Shown one piece after another: positions 7,447 to 18,310 of a DNA stretch of 40,947 nt (its first letter is position 1; every line of letters begins with the position of its first letter). This DNA is from a virus. Taxonomy: Duplodnaviria > Caudoviricetes. A program made the position numbers and the translations under genes. The notes below the pieces were generated by a model, which had not been told where the DNA came from, did not search any database, and saw only the letters and a list, made by a program, of their open reading frames with translations. The stretch covers positions 1-40,947 of IMG/VR virus record IMGVR_UViG_3300012942_000021. One strand, given 5' to 3'.

Positions 7447-8690
7447 AAAGTGTAAGTAAAATTTTGAGCAGCAAAACCACTGTTACCTGAGCCACTGAAA
7501 CTTTTATAATCAACGGTTGCAAAAACGCTTAAAAATCCGCTTGTATTTAATGTGCCAGCGCCCGCACCAGATATACCCCCATCAATAACCACTAAAGGAC
7601 GCGTTTCGGTATTAACAGCTTGCCGAAACCGCTCTGGGATTGCAGTATCCATTGTTATTTGGAGCGCCGTGGTAGCGGTAGCGGTTACGACAGGCAAGCT
7701 AAACGATATTTGGCGCCCGTTGCGCACAAGTAATGCATTACCGGATTCAGTGCCAGCCCAGATGCCAAACCACCCCGTGGTATGCAAATATTCTTCATAA
7801 ATGCGGTCTACTATCCATATGTTTACACCAAGTTTTTTCAAACGAAGCGTGCCGTTATTCCCTACACTCACGTTAGTATTATTAATTAATACACCGCCCC
7901 CAGAATTAAATGCTGCGGAGGTTGTCACATTAACCAATGCGGTTGTACCGCCTAAGCATTGCAAATCAATAAATGCGCCGTTAGGGATTGCTTGATTTGC
8001 ATCATTATCGATGGTAACTGTAGCAGTTCCGGTATTCGTAAAATTAATTAATGCACAAGCATCTGTAGGGGTAAGGGTGCGCGCGGTCGTGGTATCGGTA
8101 ATTACTTGCTGATAAATATCATAAGCGTTTAAATTAATAGAAGGGGGCGTACTTAAAGCGCCGCCGCCACTTAGTCGTCCAGTAGCGCTAACGACCGTCG
8201 AAGACGGCGCAAACTCACTGGCATCATGACCAGCAATCGTACCAATTCTGATAACATCCAATGTAAGCACACCTTCGACTACTATAAGACGGCTTATAAA
8301 AGCCGCTCCTGGCGGAATGCTCGTGTTAGCAATAAAGTTTCCATCTGAATCAAAAATCTGCACGGCGGAATTATCTCCCCCGATATTTCTGACTTCAAAT
8401 AATTGCCCAAGTGGACATTGAGCCGCATCGTAAGCCGGAAGAGACACAACAACCGTTACGCCTGCGTCAGGATTAAAATCATTACGTGCATTTAATGGGT
8501 AAGTGAGCGCAAATGTAGTTTCGGTTCCCGTGTCAAATGTTTCTACCTTGTTTGTAAGTGCTACCAAAGTATTTACATCCGCCGAAAAAGCGTCATCACT
8601 ATCTGAGTTTGCGCCAGCCAACCTACTTACAGGGGCTAATTGCGTATTATCATAATCAAGATTAATTTCTGCGCCTAACTTTCTACTCAT
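7443..8690 (-). CDS. tail fibre / receptor-binding protein
   Basis: G/T/N-rich beta modules, TGRLSGGGALS knot-like motif; GAGGTG RBS. Confidence 0.75.
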   Translation of the reverse strand: MSRKLGAEINLDYDNTQLAPVSRLAGANSDSDDAFSADVNTLVALTNKVETFDTGTETTFALTYPLNARNDFNPDAGVTVVVSLPAYDAAQCPLGQLFEVRNIGGDNSAVQIFDSDGNFIANTSIPPGAAFISRLIVVEGVLTLDVIRIGTIAGHDASEFAPSSTVVSATGRLSGGGALSTPPSINLNAYDIYQQVITDTTTARTLTPTDACALINFTNTGTATVTIDNDANQAIPNGAFIDLQCLGGTTALVNVTTSAAFNSGGGVLINNTNVSVGNNGTLRLKKLGVNIWIVDRIYEEYLHTTGWFGIWAGTESGNALLVRNGRQISFSLPVVTATATTALQITMDTAIPERFRQAVNTETRPLVVIDGGISGAGAGTLNTSGFLSVFATVDYKSFSGSGNSGFAAQNFTYTL

Positions 8691-8698
8691 AATACACC

Positions 8699-8866
8699 TC
8701 AATTAGTTGTTAAAATTTCGCCGTCATTTCCTAGAAGAATTTCGTCATCATTTCCTACTAATTCTTCGCTGCCCGGCGGGGTAGGTGCTGCTAAATACGC
8801 ATAATCTTCTACATATAAACTGACTGTTAATGGATTATTGACAATGCCGGGATTATGAAAGCTCAT
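8699..8866 (-). CDS. 55-aa acidic tail-associated protein (absent from the ORF track)
   Basis: MSFHNPGIVNNPL...LVGNDDEILLGNDGEILTTN*; fills the gap exactly. Confidence 0.65.
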   Translation of the reverse strand: MSFHNPGIVNNPLTVSLYVEDYAYLAAPTPPGSEELVGNDDEILLGNDGEILTTN

Positions 8867-9203
8867 AAAATGCTACTCCTACTTCTGCACTTGTATCATT
8901 AGTTTTAAAACGCAAAGTGGCTCCTGCTGGCACATTGCGGGCTGTTGGATTTAATTCGGCATTAGTGGTGTTTACAGTGTTATTAACCGGCATTTCTATT
9001 GCGGTTCCTCCTAACGCTACCCAAACTTTTGCTCCTGGCTCAAATGAATAAACGGCTAAATAACCGCTCGTATTTGAAGCTGGCGCAGTAGTGGTTAACT
9101 CGCCGCCAGCACTGGTTAATATAAAATTCTTTTTATTGGATGAATCCGCAAGGCCGAATGTGTTATAGCCGTTGATATCACGAGTTAATGCTAGTTTTGT
9201 CAT
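8853..9203 (-). CDS. virion structural protein (tail region)
   Basis: Beta-rich 116 aa in the late operon. Confidence 0.7.
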   Translation of the reverse strand: MTKLALTRDINGYNTFGLADSSNKKNFILTSAGGELTTTAPASNTSGYLAVYSFEPGAKVWVALGGTAIEMPVNNTVNTTNAELNPTARNVPAGATLRFKTNDTSAEVGVAFYELS

Positions 9204-9214
9204 AGAGCTTCCTT

Positions 9215-11608
9215 TTAATATAAGATTGCGGCGTTCAGGCTAAAGTTAATGGGGCGCGTTTCGTTGCCACCTGTTGCGCTAGTGGGTACATCGCCAGGTC
9301 CATACGAATCTCCTTGTGCTATGTGGCCCGGATCGGGGCTAACAGCGGCCGGATCGGTATAGGTATGCGTATGCTGCTGGATTTCGCCGAACTGATTCGT
9401 ACCAATAATGTCGCCATAATTGTAGGGATTCGTTGTCCAACGAATATTTGTATTTGGATCAATGCCGGCGTCGTTGTCCCAAAAGCGTGGAAACATGCCG
9501 CGCGCATCCGGCACTGCAAAAAATTTACTATTGATCATCCTTTGCGTTAACAATGAAACTTCTTCCGCGGTAGAGGATGAGGTAATTTGCACAGGTCCAA
9601 TAGCGATTTTACCGGGAGGTGCTGGGTCGGTTCCGGCACCATTAACTTGATACCAAACGTAATAAGGATCGTCGATGGTATTAAAAGAAAAATAAGAGCC
9701 TGCGGGTACAGTTGCACCAGATGTAAAATTAATTAAAGTCGCCTGAAAGCCTGCAATAGCGCCAGCAATGGCCATGCCGACATTATTCATTGTCATCGAT
9801 GAAAATAACTTAACTTCTATTCCAGTGCCACCAGGCGCTGGATCGGAACCGCCGCCATCAACAGTAAACCATACATAATATTGAGTAGTCGTATTGCCGA
9901 ACTGGAAATATTTGCCTGCTAAACCTGTCGGCGCAATGGCAGACACAAAAGTCACAGCACGCTGCGCCGCATTATTAACACTCTGTGTAACAGTAAAACC
10001 TGATGTACCTGCCCCTGTAGTGCCAAAAGTAGTACCAAACAGATTATCCCAGATATAAAAAGTACCATTACCTGAAAATAAACTTTGTACATTATATGTG
10101 TCGTTGCCTGTATATAATTCAGCAAACGAAAATCCAGTGGCGGGCGTACCGTCGGCGGTACTTGTTACGCTACCCGGTTTATTGGTAAAAAGAATATCTT
10201 GCGTACGCGGCGATAAATCCGTAACAAGCATTGTTACGTAATTCTTGCCAGTGCCGTACCGGGGATAACCTTTAGTAGGTTCCCAATATTTGTTCCATAA
10301 ACGTTTATAAGGAATTCCGAGCGGAGAATATCCATCAGTAGGATATTGTGCACCATCCGCAAGCATTCTATTAGTTGTGGGATGTAGCGAATTAACATAA
10401 ACAGAGAGTTGAGTTTCAGACACTAAATCGCCAATTTCAGAATCATCAAAAATCAATCCGGTGGATGTTAATTTAAGCGGTAAATATAAATCACTGCCAT
10501 CGTATGCAGGTGTTGACATCCACCCTGCAATGGCTTCTTCGCGAAATTTACCATCCGTTGTTTGAGGAAAATCGGTAACTGTTACCGTACCTGGCGTTAA
10601 AACAAAATCGGTTAGCGAAACGTCAAATAATGAGCCGGTCGGGAATCGAATAGCTAACTGGACATAATCATCATTTAGAGTGCCAATAGCCTTACCCGTA
10701 TTAACACCAAAAACAAAACCGCTTTTTTGCAAAATGGCATAACTGGTAGTGATTGTAAAATTTGCTATTGTCGTTTCTTCTTCCGGGTCGCCGCCTGTTC
10801 CATAGTTTTTAATCAGTACTAACGATACATTTACGTTACCACTGTGGGATTGTCCTGAAAATGCTAATGTATAAGTTTGGGTGGTGGAAGCAAATTTATT
10901 AACGTCGTCAAATTTAACGCGCAGGTCTTTAAAGCTGTCACCGGCATTAGGTGTTTGGTTTTCTATTCTAGCGGCATATCGTGGGCTGGCCGTAGGATTT
11001 GATACATAATCGCCAAAACTTTCAAACGTTACAATGTCTTTTGCAGTGCTGGCATTGGGCCTATTAAATGTCCAGCCGCCCTGTGAAAGATTAGTAATAG
11101 CTTGACGTATTTCACCGGCCACATAGGGTGGTACATGGTTACTATCAGCTGGTATGTCATTGTGAATCTTAAACTGGCCATTAGGAATGTAATTCGTAAA
11201 ATCAGTCTGCGTAGTATCAGCTGCTACAATATTCGGCCATGCTTGACGAGTAAATTGCAAAACGCCGCTTGTTGTGCCGCCTTCGCTATAAACCTGCACA
11301 TAATAAAGTTCTACATCTCCTGGATTGTCCGGCGTACCTTCATACGGGAAATAATAAAGAATGATATCATTAGCTGGATTTTCATTGTCAGATATTGTGC
11401 CAGCCGCTGTTAAATTAATTTGACTGCCAATATTAACGTAGGAATAATCTGGAGGAGAGCCGCTTAGTTTATAAACATCTTTCGGTTCAGAACGTGCAGC
11501 ATCTTTCCAAAAATAAATAACACCATTGCGCAACGGTAAACCGGTATCTTTATCGCGAAGTAGAGATTGTAAATCTGACGCTATAACAAAATGTGAATCT
11601 AATGCCAT
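9215..11608 (-). CDS. tail fibre/spike with virion-binding N-terminus and interrupted tail-collar domain
   Basis: DTGLPLRNGVIYF N-terminus; MLADG...YGTG and FAVPDARGMFPRFWD collar halves; HTH and TGGNETRPIN C-terminus. Confidence 0.85.
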   Translation of the reverse strand: MALDSHFVIASDLQSLLRDKDTGLPLRNGVIYFWKDAARSEPKDVYKLSGSPPDYSYVNIGSQINLTAAGTISDNENPANDIILYYFPYEGTPDNPGDVELYYVQVYSEGGTTSGVLQFTRQAWPNIVAADTTQTDFTNYIPNGQFKIHNDIPADSNHVPPYVAGEIRQAITNLSQGGWTFNRPNASTAKDIVTFESFGDYVSNPTASPRYAARIENQTPNAGDSFKDLRVKFDDVNKFASTTQTYTLAFSGQSHSGNVNVSLVLIKNYGTGGDPEEETTIANFTITTSYAILQKSGFVFGVNTGKAIGTLNDDYVQLAIRFPTGSLFDVSLTDFVLTPGTVTVTDFPQTTDGKFREEAIAGWMSTPAYDGSDLYLPLKLTSTGLIFDDSEIGDLVSETQLSVYVNSLHPTTNRMLADGAQYPTDGYSPLGIPYKRLWNKYWEPTKGYPRYGTGKNYVTMLVTDLSPRTQDILFTNKPGSVTSTADGTPATGFSFAELYTGNDTYNVQSLFSGNGTFYIWDNLFGTTFGTTGAGTSGFTVTQSVNNAAQRAVTFVSAIAPTGLAGKYFQFGNTTTQYYVWFTVDGGGSDPAPGGTGIEVKLFSSMTMNNVGMAIAGAIAGFQATLINFTSGATVPAGSYFSFNTIDDPYYVWYQVNGAGTDPAPPGKIAIGPVQITSSSTAEEVSLLTQRMINSKFFAVPDARGMFPRFWDNDAGIDPNTNIRWTTNPYNYGDIIGTNQFGEIQQHTHTYTDPAAVSPDPGHIAQGDSYGPGDVPTSATGGNETRPINFSLNAAILY

Positions 11609-11610
11609 TA

Positions 11611-13407
11611 TTAGCCTTCCTGGTAATTAATTAAATTGGCCTGAACGGCATTTGTAGTTGGTTTGTATCCAGCTCTTAAGACATTTAACAAGGAATCACG
11701 CAGAGGCAAATTAACGGAAGGCGCTATTTGTCCTAGTTTTCTAAATACAGTTGGCCCTGCTGCGCCTGCTATTGCGCCTAAAGGCCCTAAAAAATGAGCG
11801 CCCAGAACACCGCTTGCAGCTGTTTGAGCCATATTGCGCGCTGCAATTTTTCCGCCAAGCTGTTCAAATTGCTGTGCTAAATCAGGCGTTACATAAGATG
11901 CCAGCCCTTTCTTGTCTAATTGATTGTAAAGGCCTGTTAATTTCTCGGGCGTTAAATTTGCTTGTGTTTTTCCAAGTTCAGAGTAGAGAATTTTATTATT
12001 TGCCTGTGGACCAATATCGCTAACAATCTGTTGCATTTCAGGTTCAGGATTTTTAAATAAATTAGCAATGGCGGTTGGATTGGTAACGTCACCTTTTGCA
12101 ATCTTTGCAATTTTTGAATTTTCCAAATAAGGGGTTACATTTTGCGCCCAGTTTGCAGTCGCTAAATTATATTGATTTGCAAGCGCAGGATTCTGACTTG
12201 TTAAATATGTATCAATATCGCTTCTGACCGCATCTTGCGCTGCTTGATATCCTTGCATGGTATTACGATCGGCAACCGATAAATTGCCCTTGGCATCATT
12301 TGCTTGCAGCTTGCGAATCGATGAACCTAATTGGCTTTGCAAATTATGTGCATTTTGCAATGTCGGATTATCTGTAAAACGCTGGTGAAGTGCTGTTAAA
12401 TTCCTGTCATAACTATTAATTATTCCATCATCAAGCGCGTTATAAGCACCATTGTTAATAACAACAGGCGCAGAATTAAAGAAATCCAATAAGTTTTTAT
12501 TATTAGGAAATGCAAATCCGTGCTGCTGCATTAAATAATCTTTTAAATCCGTAGCTGTTTCTAAATCGTTACCGGTCGCATCATTAATATGATCAATTAC
12601 ATCATTTACACTTTTGAAATTTTGAACCGGCTGCCGAACAACAGCCTGATTAACGCCGTCATAAATTGAATTATTTCCAGCCGCATCAAAAACCGGGCCA
12701 TATAAGGCTTGGCCTTGACTTACGCGATTACCAAAAGCGCCTTTGATATCTTGCGCTAATGATTGCGCGTTTCCTTCAAGTGTGTGGCCGCTACCTAAAT
12801 TCTGCATTAATTGTTCTGCATATTTTTGCGGCTGGATTGCGCGCGTTAACTTGCTTATTCCTGACCGGGCGGCTCCAAAGGTAGTGGGTGCCAATTCGCT
12901 TCCTGCTCCAAGAGTAGCGCCTATTACGCCACCTGTAACAGGATTATCAGATTGTGTTGAGCCGAATACATAACCCGTTCTCATTTGGTTGGCTAAACGG
13001 GCGCCCAAAGAAGGAACGCTGCCTACTGCTTGCCCTGCTGGCATAACTTCAGCGCCGCCCAGCATATAAGGCGCGTATTGTGCAGCGCCTTGCACTAATT
13101 TATCGCCTAAATTTGGATTGTTAACACCAAATGTTTTACCGAAATCAATGTTGGTCTGAGCCGGCGCATATTTACCTAAAATTGGCGTTACTGCGCGAGC
13201 TAAAAAGTTATGCAATCCTTGACCGGCATCAGCTAAGCCAGCTGCAGCATCACCGGTTAATCGGAATGCTAATGATGGGTTAGAGGCTTGCGGCATATTT
13301 CCATCTAACTGAGAAATTAAGTTAGGATCCGTTACGGGCTTGCCTAAACTTTGGCCGCCAGAGCCCTCTAATTTTGCAATTACATTTGGATCAGTTATGG
13401 GTGTCAT
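11611..13407 (-). CDS. DNA ejection protein (P22 gp16 position)
   Basis: A/G/Q/N-rich helical protein; synteny. Confidence 0.7.
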   Translation of the reverse strand: MTPITDPNVIAKLEGSGGQSLGKPVTDPNLISQLDGNMPQASNPSLAFRLTGDAAAGLADAGQGLHNFLARAVTPILGKYAPAQTNIDFGKTFGVNNPNLGDKLVQGAAQYAPYMLGGAEVMPAGQAVGSVPSLGARLANQMRTGYVFGSTQSDNPVTGGVIGATLGAGSELAPTTFGAARSGISKLTRAIQPQKYAEQLMQNLGSGHTLEGNAQSLAQDIKGAFGNRVSQGQALYGPVFDAAGNNSIYDGVNQAVVRQPVQNFKSVNDVIDHINDATGNDLETATDLKDYLMQQHGFAFPNNKNLLDFFNSAPVVINNGAYNALDDGIINSYDRNLTALHQRFTDNPTLQNAHNLQSQLGSSIRKLQANDAKGNLSVADRNTMQGYQAAQDAVRSDIDTYLTSQNPALANQYNLATANWAQNVTPYLENSKIAKIAKGDVTNPTAIANLFKNPEPEMQQIVSDIGPQANNKILYSELGKTQANLTPEKLTGLYNQLDKKGLASYVTPDLAQQFEQLGGKIAARNMAQTAASGVLGAHFLGPLGAIAGAAGPTVFRKLGQIAPSVNLPLRDSLLNVLRAGYKPTTNAVQANLINYQEG

Positions 13408-14477
13408 TGCGCGTACCATTGCCCGTTAATTTTGTGATAAGTTACGCCATTTAATACTTTTGATATTGAAGGCGCAGACTGCGTTGCTTGTGCGTGTGCT
13501 TGATACGGTGCAGTGCTTTTCATTGCTTGCCGATACGTTCCCATTTCCTGATCAAGTATTTGTTTAGTCTGATTAAATAAACTTTTTGCGATTTGCGGAT
13601 TGTTTGACCAGGTGGCGGGATTGGTTAATGATTCTAATCGTTGAATCATGGACGGCTGAATTGAATCGCCATAAAACTGTCTGACTTGGGTTGCTAACAA
13701 ATTAGCCGCATTGAGTGAATTTAAATAACTATCATAATTTTTGCTTTCCATTCCAAAGGGTGCAGCAGCTTGATTTGCAAGTTTGCTTATTGGGCTGCCT
13801 GCGTACTGAGTGAGAGCACCAGGATCTATTTGGTTAAGCGTTTTTTCGATATTGCTGGCATATAGATTTTTTTGACGGGCCGCGGTATCGGTTGTTTTTT
13901 TTAGCAGTTGCATTTGAGCAGCATTTTGCACCGCTTGCGTATCTGGAGATTGCTGTAAATTATTTTGGGGAAATATTTGCTGCAATCTTTGTATTTGATC
14001 GGTGGATAAAGGTAATTGACCAGGCATTGAATTATTAGAAGATGACATGCCGGGAATTGGAAAATTGCCATTTATAGCATTTTGCGCCAACTGGGAAGCA
14101 GCGGCCGCTGTATTTGGATCGTTGCTAATCAATGCTTGGCCTGTTGGACTATCTACAAATCCTTTCTGCATATTAAGCAATCGCGCATAATTGCCAATAT
14201 AGGGGCCAATTGCTTTATATCCTAAATAAGGCAGCATGCCATAATTCATGGCGGTTTGTGATTGCACATAAGGCACTTGTGCTTGCTTTAAATCTAAATC
14301 GGCTTGGGCCATTTGGCCGGCATAAGGCAGCTGTGCTTTCATCTGCTGGTTTTGCAAAGAGCGTGCGCGCGCCTGCATAATATTATTTGCAATCTCCGTC
14401 CCTTGTTGCACACCAAATCCAAGCGGATTAGCTTGCTGAGGGCTAAGAACTTGAAAATACATCGGATTAATCGCCAT
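13404..14477 (-). CDS. DNA ejection protein (P22 gp20 position)
   Basis: Q/N/A-rich; synteny. Confidence 0.7.
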   Translation of the reverse strand: MAINPMYFQVLSPQQANPLGFGVQQGTEIANNIMQARARSLQNQQMKAQLPYAGQMAQADLDLKQAQVPYVQSQTAMNYGMLPYLGYKAIGPYIGNYARLLNMQKGFVDSPTGQALISNDPNTAAAASQLAQNAINGNFPIPGMSSSNNSMPGQLPLSTDQIQRLQQIFPQNNLQQSPDTQAVQNAAQMQLLKKTTDTAARQKNLYASNIEKTLNQIDPGALTQYAGSPISKLANQAAAPFGMESKNYDSYLNSLNAANLLATQVRQFYGDSIQPSMIQRLESLTNPATWSNNPQIAKSLFNQTKQILDQEMGTYRQAMKSTAPYQAHAQATQSAPSISKVLNGVTYHKINGQWYAQ

Positions 14478-14494
14478 ACGTTACCTTTTTATTT

Positions 14495-15148
14495 TTACAA
14501 GAAAGCGCCAACAAGTCCCATAACGTCACCTAACATTCCAAAGCGTCCTTGGTTTTGGTTTGCTTGGCCTGCATAAGTTAGATTTGCTTGGCTCATGCCA
14601 AGATTTGACATGTCCTCCCCTAGGTTTTTTGAAGCGTCATAACCGATGCCATACATGTTTTGCGCGCCCTGTAATCCCATCCCGTACATAGACATAGCGT
14701 GATTTAAATAGTTGTAATAATCTTGATTAGCTAAACCATTGACAGTACCTGCAATGCTTTGCTGTTCAGCCGGACTGCCTAACATCCCGCCAGCGGAAGC
14801 AGCACGATTTGCTGCACCTAACGCTTGATTGGTTTGCCATTGATAACCGGGCGACTGTTGAAATCCTGAGCCTATTTTGTTCATTACGCTGCCTGGATTA
14901 TTCAATAGTTGCCCATATTGTTGCTGCAGTTGCGGCATCATTTGATTGCCAGCATTGATATACGTCTGAAAATAACTAGGCAATTGCAGCATAGCCTGAT
15001 TTAAATAAGGCATTGCGGAGTTCGCCGCATTTGGTGGAGGCGAAAAAACGCCACCGGGATCAAAAATGCCGTTTATACCGTTTGCGCCGAATGCATTTTC
15101 AAATGATTGTTGAGTAAATGGACCGGAATTATTATCGCTTTCGTACAT
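14495..15148 (-). CDS. DNA ejection/transfer protein (P22 gp7-like)
   Basis: FQQSPGYQW...AANRAASAGGMLGS motif. Confidence 0.8.
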   Translation of the reverse strand: MYESDNNSGPFTQQSFENAFGANGINGIFDPGGVFSPPPNAANSAMPYLNQAMLQLPSYFQTYINAGNQMMPQLQQQYGQLLNNPGSVMNKIGSGFQQSPGYQWQTNQALGAANRAASAGGMLGSPAEQQSIAGTVNGLANQDYYNYLNHAMSMYGMGLQGAQNMYGIGYDASKNLGEDMSNLGMSQANLTYAGQANQNQGRFGMLGDVMGLVGAFL

Positions 15149-15160
15149 TTTTATATCTCT

Positions 15161-15424
15161 TTAAACAACTTGCACGACTTTAAACACGCCGCCTAAATTC
15201 ACAATTAATTGATTGGTATCGCCATTAATAAAAATTCTATTTTTAGATTTCGCTGGATTAAGCGAAGCAATTTGCGTATTAGTAAGTACTGGCAATTCGT
15301 AACCCTCGTTAGAAAACGTATTCTGTAATTGCTGCATGTTCTGTCCGAGATAATTAAATAAGTCCTGGTGTATATTGCCATCTTTCTCGGCAACTTTTAT
15401 TTGCGTTAACGATTGAATATTCAT
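15161..15424 (-). CDS. small tail protein (needle/plug position)
   Basis: Follows the gp10-like gene. Confidence 0.6.
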   Translation of the reverse strand: MNIQSLTQIKVAEKDGNIHQDLFNYLGQNMQQLQNTFSNEGYELPVLTNTQIASLNPAKSKNRIFINGDTNQLIVNLGGVFKVVQVV

Positions 15425-16848
15425 TGGTAATAACTCAGCGTGCCATCGGTTACAATAAAACGCCCTTTCCCGTAAAAACGAAATTGCGGCGTAAAATTCA
15501 GCGCAATGCCTTTGTTCCAGTAATTAATTCTTCTTTGTCTAAAACCTGTTTTACTTAAATCAATACGGTCATAACTGCTAAACGAATTGCCATTATCCTT
15601 AGAGAACGAAAAATCCAAGGCTTGCAACGCGTTATATTCACCTTGCTCAATTTGAAAAGTGAGATTATTGATAATAAAGCGTGAAGAATCGGGCAGCCTT
15701 AATGTATTACATACGCGCACACGCGGAATTTCAGCGCCGTCATAGTCTGTATAGCGACTATTTAATTCGTATAAATTGCCATCTCGAAATGAAACGAAAT
15801 AATAAGAATTATTAGAATAAACCACGCGTTTAGCAATGTGATAGTTCATTTTTTCATCGGTAGGAGTAAAAAACTTTTTCGTGTTTAAATCATAAAGGAG
15901 CGACCAATTATCCGAAGGGAACGTTAATTGATAAATTAAGTGGCCGTCTTGCCGGAATAAAAATCCATATGCATTGGTAGGTTTTTTTAATTGCGCTAAT
16001 TTAAAATCAATACCGTCGGTGGAAATTTTTATAGGCTCACCGCTATCACTAATCATGATAGCAGGACCCGATTTCTCATTAGTCGCCAGCCAGATAATAA
16101 AATTATCGCCTACGCCAATCGTAGCCGCATTTTCAGTACCGTAGTCGGAATTCTGAAAGGTATTTTTCTGATAAGGGAATAACTGTTGTCCTGTGTTAAA
16201 CCAAGGCTCAACCACGGTCTTACCAAACACAAATAACAAATTGCCTTTACTTGGAAAGGGTATGGCTGCAACTGGCATATTGGGCTTTGTTTGAAATTCG
16301 CCCGCGTGGTTTGCATCGGCCGGCCAATTGGTACCATCATTAAAATCCGATAAACGCCATTCAGCTCGCCTTAAATCAGGCGCAATAAAATAACCGTTTT
16401 GAAAAGTGATATAGCCTGGCAAAAAATCATCATTCGGGGAAAACGTTACTTTTTGAAACTTAGTAACTGCGTTGGGCGCATAAATATAAATTGCACTTCT
16501 ATCACAAATAGCAATTTGTCCTGCATTGTTTTCCGCAATAGACACATCACCCGTAAATGTACCCAGTGAGCCAACTTGCTGATATGCCAAATTTGTATTA
16601 ACGCTGTAAACATTATTATTAATAACCGCAATAACTTTATTTAAATTGGTGCTTGCATAAATACCGCGCCCCTCGCCGTTATCTACAATTTTAGCTACTT
16701 TTCTATAGCCGGCATACGGTACTAGCCATCCATCTGAAATAATCATATTGAACGTCTGCTCGATAGATATCATGGAGTAACGACCATAGATATTTGAGCC
16801 AGTGATTTTTAAAGGTAATGTTTTCGTAATCGCTGAGGTTGGCTTCAT
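15421..16848 (-). CDS. packaged-DNA stabilization / tail hub protein (P22 gp10-like)
   Basis: Beta-propeller-like; YRQDGH-like FRQDGHLIYQLTFP and SKDNGNSFS motifs. Confidence 0.88.
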   Translation of the reverse strand: MKPTSAITKTLPLKITGSNIYGRYSMISIEQTFNMIISDGWLVPYAGYRKVAKIVDNGEGRGIYASTNLNKVIAVINNNVYSVNTNLAYQQVGSLGTFTGDVSIAENNAGQIAICDRSAIYIYAPNAVTKFQKVTFSPNDDFLPGYITFQNGYFIAPDLRRAEWRLSDFNDGTNWPADANHAGEFQTKPNMPVAAIPFPSKGNLLFVFGKTVVEPWFNTGQQLFPYQKNTFQNSDYGTENAATIGVGDNFIIWLATNEKSGPAIMISDSGEPIKISTDGIDFKLAQLKKPTNAYGFLFRQDGHLIYQLTFPSDNWSLLYDLNTKKFFTPTDEKMNYHIAKRVVYSNNSYYFVSFRDGNLYELNSRYTDYDGAEIPRVRVCNTLRLPDSSRFIINNLTFQIEQGEYNALQALDFSFSKDNGNSFSSYDRIDLSKTGFRQRRINYWNKGIALNFTPQFRFYGKGRFIVTDGTLSYYQ

Positions 16849-17558
16849 GGTGTTGTCCAACCTCCACTTAAATTCACATAACCCCACCCACCAATCTGAT
16901 TAAATCGCGTTAACGTTGATAATTTGCTGATAGTAGTGTCTATGGGGGACAGATCGATGACCCGCTGTTCCAATTGCTCTAATTTTTTTGCTGACAATGG
17001 AGGTAAATTGACTGAATTTTCATCGCATATAAACTCTGCTAATGCGTAACGTAAATAAGCAATGTATAACCTGTCATATACCGATGATAAATCGGTATGA
17101 TAATTAATATCGCTAATCAAGCCAAACTTTCCATTAATAGCAATAGGATAGTTATCATTTGGCAATGGATAAATATAAAAATTAGCGCCCCCTATTGTAC
17201 GATTAATATTACATTCAAAAGGGATGGTTACTATATCGTTAACTCGCACGGTGCCCCAGTATTCTTTTCTAGAATCAATTTTTAAGGGGATGCGCACAGT
17301 TTCATTTAAAATAAATGTAACGCTTTCAGGATAAATTAAATTCGGGATAAAATAATTTTCAGTACCAATATCGGCAACCAAATTATAGGTAGTAAAATAA
17401 GGTATTAAGCGATTGTTAGCATTTTTTAATGCAATTAAATCGTTTAATAACGACAAGCCATCGTTAAGCTGGCTACCAGAAACGATTTCACCGTCTCTGG
17501 CAACCATTCCCGACAAATAATACGCCCTTGTAATTAATTCGGTTGCTAAATACGCCAT
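16845..17558 (-). CDS. head-tail adaptor (P22 gp4-like)
   Basis: ELITRAY...DGLSLLND...LRYALAEFIC; synteny. Confidence 0.8.
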   Translation of the reverse strand: MAYLATELITRAYYLSGMVARDGEIVSGSQLNDGLSLLNDLIALKNANNRLIPYFTTYNLVADIGTENYFIPNLIYPESVTFILNETVRIPLKIDSRKEYWGTVRVNDIVTIPFECNINRTIGGANFYIYPLPNDNYPIAINGKFGLISDINYHTDLSSVYDRLYIAYLRYALAEFICDENSVNLPPLSAKKLEQLEQRVIDLSPIDTTISKLSTLTRFNQIGGWGYVNLSGGWTTP

Positions 17559-17569
17559 GCAGGCCTCTT

Positions 17570-18298
17570 TTAGATAAAATCTTCAAAGCCATAACAGTAA
17601 AGCGTCAATGCATCCGATGCGTTTGCAACCTTATACTCAATTATTTGGGCTGAATCTGTATTCATCGCTAAGAAACCGGCATTAGGCTCGGCAGCAACAG
17701 ATCCTGTAATTTGAATGTTGGCCGTGGAACTTGAGCCGTTTTTACGTAAATTAGCTAGATTACCAGCGGCTTGCGGTGAAAATTTCCAATTTAAGTAAGC
17801 TAGCGTGGAAGTAGGCGCAACAGAGCTTGTTAAATCAACATCCGTAAAAGAGGTTGCGGCACCGGCGCTTAATTCGGTAGCGACTGCGTCCCAGTAGTAT
17901 TGGCGAGCATTTCCATTTCCATAGACATCAAATGATAAGAATTCAGCAGAACCGTCGGTTAAAGCAAAACCTATACGTCTATAGCTATCATAGCCCATCG
18001 GCATTAAAGGGGTTGCAGATGCGGATAAAATAGCGGCCGCTGGCTTTTCATTTAATGAAGAACCGATTAAAAACACGTAATACCACGTATTGTTTGCTAA
18101 ATCGCCAGTATCAAGTCCATTTGCACCATTAACGGTTGCGTCAATGGTTACTGCGTCGTTTAGCACGATATCAATAACATTGTTAGCGTCGCGCGCTTGA
18201 CCAGCTGCCATCGTTAAGCTAGTTGCAGACGCTTTCGCAATCTGCAAACCGTACACATCTAAAAACGGTAAAGAACCTAAAGCAATATTTTGTGACAT
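17570..18298 (-). CDS. virion structural/decoration protein
   Basis: GANGLDTG...NTWYYVFLI...PMGYDSYRRIG; directly after the capsid gene. Confidence 0.7.
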   Translation of the reverse strand: MSQNIALGSLPFLDVYGLQIAKASATSLTMAAGQARDANNVIDIVLNDAVTIDATVNGANGLDTGDLANNTWYYVFLIGSSLNEKPAAAILSASATPLMPMGYDSYRRIGFALTDGSAEFLSFDVYGNGNARQYYWDAVATELSAGAATSFTDVDLTSSVAPTSTLAYLNWKFSPQAAGNLANLRKNGSSSTANIQITGSVAAEPNAGFLAMNTDSAQIIEYKVANASDALTLYCYGFEDFI

Positions 18299-18310
18299 GA
18301 TTTAATCCTC

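Noticed and set aside
7443-11608. Diversity-generating retroelement or invertible tail-fibre system
   Set aside because: No reverse transcriptase, template repeat or invertase seen
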